Shown here: positions 56,908 through 64,000 of the stretch, piece after piece
Position numbering within the stretch: the stretch's first letter is position 1
Layout of the letters: every line of letters starts with the position of its first letter
DNA from: Eledone cirrhosa
Lineage: Eukaryota
Assembly (NCBI GenBank): GCA_964016885.1
Contig: OZ024740.1
Location: 39,556,001-39,620,000, forward strand
Direction of reading: 5' to 3'
DNA length: 64,000 bases
Translations under genes and position numbers: made by a program
Notes under the pieces: generated by a model
Seen by the model: only the letters and a program-made list of their open reading frames with translations
Told to the model about the DNA's origin: nothing
Database searches by the model: none

Positions 56908-59250
56908 CGTTATTGTGGTATATTAAAGAGGTGTAGTTAGTGTGGTTAATTAGAGATGTGTAGTTAGTCAGGTTTATTAGAGAAGTGTAATTAGTGTGGT
57001 ATAATAAAGAGGTGTAATTAGTGTGGTATATTAAAGAGGTGTAATTAGTGTTGTATATTAAAGAGGTGCAATTAGTGTGGTATATTAAAGAGGTGCAATT
57101 AGTGTGGTATATTAAAGAGGTGTAGTTAGTGTGGTACATTAAAGAGGTGTAATTCTTGTGGTATATTAAGGAGGTTTAATTAGTGTGGTATATTAAAGAG
57201 GTGCAATTAGTGTGGTAAATTAAATAGATGCAATTAGTGTGGTATATTGAAGAGGTGTAATTAGTGTGGTACATTAAAGAGGTGTAATTAATGTGGTATA
57301 TTAAAGAGGTGTAATTAGTGTGGTATATTAAAGAGGTGCAATTAGTGTGGTATATTGAAGAGGTGTAATGAGTGTGGTACATTAAAGAGACGTAATTAGT
57401 TAGGTATATTAAAGGGGTGTAATTAGTGTGGTATATTAAAGAGGTGCAATTAGTGTGGTATATTAAAGAGGTGTAATTAGTGTGGTACATTAAAGTGGTG
57501 CAATTAGTGTGGTATATTAAAGAGGTGTAATTAGTGTGGTATATTAAAGAGGTGTAATTAGTGTGGTATATTAAAGAGGTGCAATTAGTGTGGTATATTA
57601 AAGAGGTGCAATTAGTGTGGTATATTGAACATGTGTAATTAGTGTGGTATATTAAAGAGGTGTAATTAGTGTGCTACATTAAAGCGGTGCAATTAGTGTG
57701 GTATATTAAAGAGGTGTAATTAGTGTGGTATATTAAAGAGGTACAATTAGTGTGGTATATTAAAGAGGTGTAATTAGTGTGGTACATTAAAGAGGTGCAA
57801 TTAGTGTGGTATATTAAAGAGGTGTAGTTAGTGTGGTACATTAAAGAGGTGTAATAAGTGTGGTATATTAAAGAGGTGTAGTTAGTGTGGTATGTTAAAA
57901 AGGTTCAATTAGTGTGGTACATTAAAGAGGTGTAATTAGTGTGGTACATTAAAGAGGTGTAATTAGTGTGGTACATTAAAGACTTGTGATTAGTGAGGTA
58001 TATTAAAGAGGTGTAATTAGTGTGGTATATTAAAGAGGTGTCGTTATTGTGGTATATTAAAGAGGTGTAGTTAGTGTGGTTAATTAGAGATGTGTAGTTA
58101 GTCAGGTTTATTAGAGAAGTGTAATTAGTGTGGTATAATAAAGTGGTGTAATTAGTGTGGTATATTAAAGAGGTGTAATTAGTGTGGTATATTAAAGAGG
58201 TGCAATTAGTGTGGTATATTAAAGAGGTGCAATTAGTGTGGTATATTAAAGAGGTGTAGTTAGTGTGGTACATTAAAGGGGTGTAATTCTTGTGGTATAT
58301 TAAGGAGGTGTAATTAGTGTGGTATATTAAAGAGGTGCAATTAGTGTGGTATATTAAATAGATGCAATTAGTGTGGTATATTGAAGAGGTGTAATTAGTG
58401 TGGTACATTAAAGAGGCGTAATTAGTGTGGTATATTAAAGAGGTGTAATTAGTGTGGTATATTAAAGGGGTGTATTTAGTGTGGTATATTAAAGAGGTGT
58501 AATTAGTGTGGTATATTAAAGAGGTGTAATTAGTGTTGTATATTAAAGAGGTGCAATTAGTGTGATATATTAAAGAGGTGTAATTAGTGTGGTACATTAA
58601 AGAGGTGTAATTAGTGTGGTATATTAAAGAGATGTAGTTAGTGTGGTACATTAAAGAATTGTAATTACTGTGGTATATTAAAGAGTTGCAATTAGTGTGG
58701 TATATTAAAGTGGTGCAATTAGCGTGGTGTATTAAAGAGGTGTAATTAGTGTGGTATATTAAAGAGGTACAATTAGTGTGGTATATTAAAGAGGTGTATT
58801 TAGTGTGGTACATTAAAGAGGTGCAATTAGTGTGGTATATTAAAGAGGTATAGTTAGTGGGGTATATTAAAGAGGTGTAGTTAGTGTGGTATATTAAAGA
58901 GGTGTAATTAGTGTGGTATATTAAAGAGGTGCAATTAGTTTGATATATTAAAGAGGTGTAATTAGTGTGGTATATTAAAGAGGTGCAATTAGTGTGGTAT
59001 ATTAATGAGGTGCAATTAGTGTGGTATATTAAAGAGGTCTAGTTAGTGTGGTACATTAAAGAGGTGTAGTTCATGTGGCATATTAAGGAGGTGTAATTAG
59101 TGTGGTATATTAAAGAGGTGCAATTATTGTGGTATATTAAATAGGTGCAATTAGTGTGGTACATTAAAGTGATGTAATTAGTTAGATATATTAAAGAGGT
59201 GTAATTAGTGTGGTATATTAAAGAGGTGCAATTAGTGTGGTATATTAAAG
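53250..59250. repeat. ~2.6-2.9 kb higher-order unit (offsets 2592, 2808, 2835, 2943 bp; all multiples of 27)
   Basis: ORF starts 53504/56312 differ by 2808; 54341/57176 and 55070/57905 by 2835. Marker ATAGTTAGTGGGG at 46511, 49103, 53315, 55907 and 58850. Confidence 0.85.
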
Positions 59251-62209
59251 AGGTGTAATTAGTGTGGTACATTAAAGTGGTGCAATTAGTGTTGTATATT
59301 AAAGAGGTGCAATTAGTATGATATATTAAAGAGGTGTAATTAGTGTGGTATATTAAAGAGTTGCAATTAGTGTGGTATATTAAAGAGGTGCAATTAGTGT
59401 GGTATATTGAACATGTGTAATTAGTGTGGTACATTAAAGAGGTGTAATTAGTGTGCTACATTAAAGTGGTGCAATTAGTGTGGTATATTAAAGAGGTGTA
59501 ATTAGTGTGGTATATTAAAGAGGTACAATTAGTGTGGTATATTAAAGAGGTGTAATTAGTGTGGTACATTAAAGAGGTGCAATTAGTGTGGTATATTAAA
59601 GAGGTGTAGTTAGTGTGGTACATTAAAGAGGTGTAATAAGTGTGGTATATTAAAGAGGTGTAGTTAGTGTGGTATATTAAAAAGGTTCAATTAGTGTGGT
59701 ACATTAAAGAGGTGTAATTAGTGTGGTACATTAAAGAGGTGTAATTAGTGTGGTACATTAAAGACTTGTAATTAGTGAGGTATATTAAAGAGGTGTAATT
59801 AGTGTGGTATATTAAAGAGGTGTCGTTATTGTGGTATATTAAAGAGGTGTAGTTAGTGTGTTTAATTAGAGATGTGTAGTTAGTCAGGTTTATTAGAGAA
59901 GTGTAATTAGTGTGGTATAATAAAGTGGTGTAATTAGTGTGGTATATTAAAGAGGTGTAATTAGTGTGGTATATTGAAGAGGTGTAATTAGTGTGGTACA
60001 TTAAAGAGGCGTAATTAGTGTGGTATATTAAAGAGGTGTAATTAGTGTGGTATATTAAAGAGGTGCAATTAGTGTGGTATATTGAAGAGGTGTAATTAGT
60101 GTGGTACATTAAAGAGACGTAATTAGTTAGGTATATTAAAGAGGTGTAATTAGTGTGGTATATTAAAGAGGTGTAATTAGTGTGGTACATTAAAGTGGTG
60201 CAATTAGTGTGGTATATTAAAGAGGTGTAATTAGTGTGGTATATTAAAGAGGTACAATTAGTGTGGTATATTAAAGAGGTGTAATTAGTGTGGTACGTTA
60301 AAGAGGTGCAATTAGTGTGGTATATTAAAGAGGTGTAGTTAGTGTGGTATATTAAAGAGGTGCAATTAGTGTGGTATATTAAAGAGGTGTAGTTAGTGTG
60401 GTACGTTAAAGAATTGTAATTACTGTGGTATATTAAAAGGTGCAATTAGTGTGGTATATTAAAGAGGTGCAATTAGTGTGGTATATTGAAGAGGTGTAAT
60501 TTGTGTGGAACATTAAAGATGTGTAATTAGTGTGGTTTATTAAAGAGGTGTAATTAGTGTGGTATAGTAAAAAGGTGTAATTAGGGTTGTACATTAAAGA
60601 AGTGTAGTTAGTGTGGTATATTAAAGAGGTGCAATTAGTGTGGTATATTAAAGAGGTGCAATTAGTGTGGTATATTAAAGAGGTGTAGTTAGTGTGGTAC
60701 ATTAAAGAGGTGTAATTAGTGTGGTATATTAAAGAGGTGCAATTAGTGTGGTATATTAAAGAGGTGCAATTAGTGTGGTATATTAAAAAGGTGTAATTAG
60801 TCTGGTACATTAAAGAGGTGTAATTAATGTGATACATTAAAGAGGTGTAATTAGTGTGGTATATTAAAGAGGTGTAATTAGTGTGGTATATTAAAGAGGT
60901 GTAATTAGTATGGTATATTAAAGAGGTGTAATTAGTGTGGTACATTAAAGAGGTCCAATTAGTGTGCTACATTAAAGAGGTGTAATTAGGGTGGTTCATG
61001 AAAAAGTGTAGTTAGTGTGGTATATTAAAGAGGTGTAGTTAGTGTGGTATATTAAAGAGGTGTAATTAGTGTGGTATATTAAAGAGGTGTAATTAGTGTG
61101 GTATATTAAAGAGGTATAATTAGTGTGGTATATTAAAGAGGTGCAATTAGTGTGATATATTAAAGAGGTGCAATTAGTGTGGTATATTAATGAGGTGCAA
61201 TTAGTGTGGTATATTAAAGAGGTGTAATTAGTGTGGTATATTAAAGAGGTGCAATTAGTGTGGTATATTAAAGAGGTGCAATTAGTGTGGTATATTAAAA
61301 GCGGTGTAATTAGTGTGGTATATTAAAGAGGTGTAATTAGTGTGGTACATTAAAGAGTTGTAATTAGTGAGGTATATTAAAGAGGTGTAATTAGTTTGGT
61401 ATATTAAAGAATTGTAATTACTGTGGTATATTAAAGAGGTGCAATTAGTGTGGTATATTAAAGATGTGAAATTAGTGTGGTATATTGAAGAGGTGTAATT
61501 AGTGTGGTATATTGAAGAGGTGTAATTAATGTGGTATATTAAAGAGGTGTAGTTAGTGTGGTATATTAAAGAGGTGTAGTTAGTGTGGTCTATTAAAGAG
61601 GTGTAATTAGTGTGGTATATTAAAAAGGTGTAATTAGTGTGGTACATTAAAGAGGTGTAATTAGTGTGATACATTAAAGAGGTGTAATTAGTGTGGTATA
61701 TTAAAGAGGTGTAATTAGTGTGGTATATTAAAGAGGTGTAATTAGTGTGGTATATTAAAGAGGTGTAATTAGTGTTGTATATTAAAGAGGTGCAATTAGT
61801 GTGGTATATTAAAGAGGTGCAATTAGTGTGGTATATTAAAGAGGTGTAATTATTATGGTATATTATAGAGGTGTAGTTAGTGTGGTACATTAAAGAGGTC
61901 CAATTAGTGTGCTACATTAAAGAGGTGTAATTAGGGTGGTTCATTAAAAAGTGTAGTTAGTGTGTTATATTAAAGAGGTGTAGTTAGTGTAGTATATTAA
62001 AGAGGTGTAATTAGTGTGGTATATTAAAGAGGTGCAATTAGTGTGATATATTAAAGAGATGTAATTAGTGTGGTATATTAAAGAGGTGCAATTAGTGTGG
62101 TATATTAAAGAGGTGTAATTAGTGTGGTACATTTAAGAGGTGTAATTAGGGTGGTACATTAAAGAGGTGTAATTAGGGTGGTACGTTAAATAGGCGTAAT
62201 TAGTGTGGT

Positions 62210-62750
62210 ATATTAAAGAGGTGCAATTAGTGTGGTATATTAAAGAGGTGCAATTAGTGTGATATATTAAAGAGGTGTAATTAGTGTGGTATATTAAAGA
62301 GGTGCAATTAGTGTGGTATATTAAAGAGGTGCAATTAGTGTGGTATATTGAACATGTGTAATTAGTGTGGTACATTAAAGAGGTGTAATTAGTGTGGTAC
62401 ATTAAAGTGGTGCAATTAGTGTGGTATATTAAAGAGGTGTAATTAGTGTGGTATATTAAAGAGGTACAATTAGTGTGGTATATTAAAGAGGTGCAATTAG
62501 TGTGGTATATTAAAGAGGTGCAATTAGTGTGATATATTAAAGAGGTGTAATTAGTGTGGTATATTAAAGAGGTGCAATTAGTGTGGTATATTAAAGAGGT
62601 GCAATTAGTGTGGTATATTGAACATGTGTAATTAGTGTGGTACATTAAAGAGGTGTAATTAGTGTGGTACATTAAAGTGGTACAATTAGTGTGGTATATT
62701 AAAGAGGTGTAATTAGTGTGGTATATTAAAGAGGTACAATTAGTGTGGTA
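62210..62750. repeat. Local 270-bp (10-monomer) duplication
   Basis: TGGTATATTGAACATGTG at 62341 and 62611, with matching flanking GTGTGATA and AAAGTGG variants. Confidence 0.85.
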
Positions 62751-64000
62751 TATTAAAGAGGTGTAATTAGTGTGGTACATTAAAGAGGTGTAATTAGTGT
62801 GGTACATTAAAGACTTGTAATTAGTGAGGTATATTAAAGAGGTGTAATTAGTGTGGTATATTAAAGAGGTGTCGTTATTGTGGTATATTAAAGAGGTGTA
62901 GTTAGTGTGGTTAATTAGAGATGTGTAGTTAGTCAGGTTTATTAGAGAAGTGTAATTAGTGTCGTATAATAAAGAGGTGTAATTAGTGTGGTATATTAAA
63001 GAGGTGTAATTAGTGTGGTATATTAAAGAGGTGCAATTAGTGTGGTATATTAAAGGGGTGCAATTAATGTGGTATATTAAAGAGGTGTAGTTAGTGTGGT
63101 ACATTAAAGAGGTGTAATTCTTGTGGTATATTAAGGAGGTGTAATTAGTGTGGTATATTAAAGAGGTGCAATTAGTGTGGTATATTAAATAGATGCAATT
63201 AGTGTGGTATATTGAAGAGGTGTAATTAGTGTGGTATATTAAAGAGGTGTAATTAGTGTGGTATATTAAAGAAGTGTAATTAGTGTGGTATATTAAAGAG
63301 GTGCAATTAGTGTGGTATATTGAAGAGGTGTAATTAGTGTGGTACATTAAAGAGACGTAATTAGTTAGGTATATTAAAGAGGTGTAATTAGTGTGGTATA
63401 TTAAAGAGGTGCAATTAGTGTGGTATATTAAAGAGGTGTAATTAGTGTGGTACATTAAAGTGGTGCAATTAGTGTGGTATATTAAAGAGGTGTAATTAGT
63501 GTGGTATATTAAAGAGGTACAATTAGTGTGGTATATTAAAGAGGTGTAATTAGTGTGGTACATTAAAGAGGTGCAATTAGTGTGGTATATTAAAGAGGTG
63601 TAGTTAGTGTGGTATATTAAAGAGGTGCAATTAGTGTGGTATATTAAAGAGGTGTAGTTAGTGTGGTACATTAAAGAATTGTAATTACTGTGGTATATTA
63701 AAAGGTGCAATTAGTGTGGTATATTAAAGAGGTGCAATTAGTGTGGTATATTGAAGAGGTGTAATTTGTGTGGTACATTAAAGATGTGTAATGAGTGTGG
63801 TTTATTAAAGAGGTGTAATTAGTGTGGTATAGTAAAAAGGTGTAGTTAGTGTGGTATATTAAAGAGGTGTAGTTAGTATGGTATATTAAAGAGGTGTAAT
63901 TAGTGTGGTACATTAAAGAGGTGTAATTAGGGTGGTACATTAAAGAAGTGTAGTTAGCATGGTATATTAAAGAGGTCCAATTAGTGTGGTATATTAAAGA

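Larger units (their letters stand above)
1..64000. repeat. Satellite DNA: head-to-tail tandem array of a 27-bp monomer (AAAGAGGTGTAATTAGTGTGGTATATT), ~2,370 copies, running off both window edges
   Basis: The monomer is readable throughout in the same orientation. Common variants are GTG[T/C]AATT, GTGTA[A/G]TT, GGTA[T/C]ATT and TTAG[T/G]GTGG. The ORF track shows a 9-aa period everywhere. Confidence 0.99.

Noticed and set aside
305-63940. Minus-strand ORFs as genes for a His/Thr/Asn/Tyr-rich repeat protein family
   Set aside because: They follow automatically from a 27-bp monomer with one stop-free frame. Starts are the TACA variant and ends are sporadic stops or indels. There are no unique domains, signal peptides or intergenic sequence.
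1-64000. CRISPR array (27 bp is within the CRISPR repeat size range)
   Set aside because: Monomers abut directly with no unique spacers, and there is no leader or cas gene.
1-64000. Canonical telomerase-made telomere tract
   Set aside because: TTAGGG occurs only as isolated single variants. Multi-kb duplications of rare variants indicate DNA-level copying rather than repeated synthesis from one template.
1-64000. Fungal repeat-induced point mutation as the cause of CA/TA polymorphism
   Set aside because: The consensus keeps several TpG (CpA on the minus strand) per monomer largely intact, which RIP would be expected to erode.
1-64000. TATATTAAA as a TATA-box promoter, and occasional AATAAA (e.g. 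~4749, 4854) as polyadenylation signals
   Set aside because: These are parts or single-base variants of the AT-rich monomer, with no associated gene.
1-64000. G-quadruplex array or diversity-generating cassette system
   Set aside because: The consensus has only GG runs separated by long loops, and GGG runs are sparse. No recombinase, reverse transcriptase or expression locus is present, and the variation is explained by duplication plus point mutation.

Overview
The whole 64-kb window is one uninterrupted, single-orientation tandem array of a 27-bp AT-rich monomer, consensus (+) AAAGAGGTGTAATTAGTGTGGTATATT (9 A, 10 T, 8 G, 0 C), about 2,370 copies (64000/27). I see no unique sequence, credible gene, RNA gene, transposon or CRISPR spacer. 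All ORFs in the track are the single stop-free frame of the monomer (minus strand, IYHTNYTSL), broken by stops and frameshifts. The readable structure lies in the variant pattern: nested near-identical higher-order duplications (270, 324, 780, 1295, 2236, 3637, 4481, 6232, 6804 bp), variant-defined domains, diagnostic multi-monomer cassettes, a ~17-kb stretch with no net indel, and a 13+14 bp substructure in the monomer. It is best read as satellite/long minisatellite DNA, most likely eukaryotic (inference). Organism and function cannot be determined from this window, and I cannot support a claim of a new protein-coding system. Boundaries were read by eye and are approximate.
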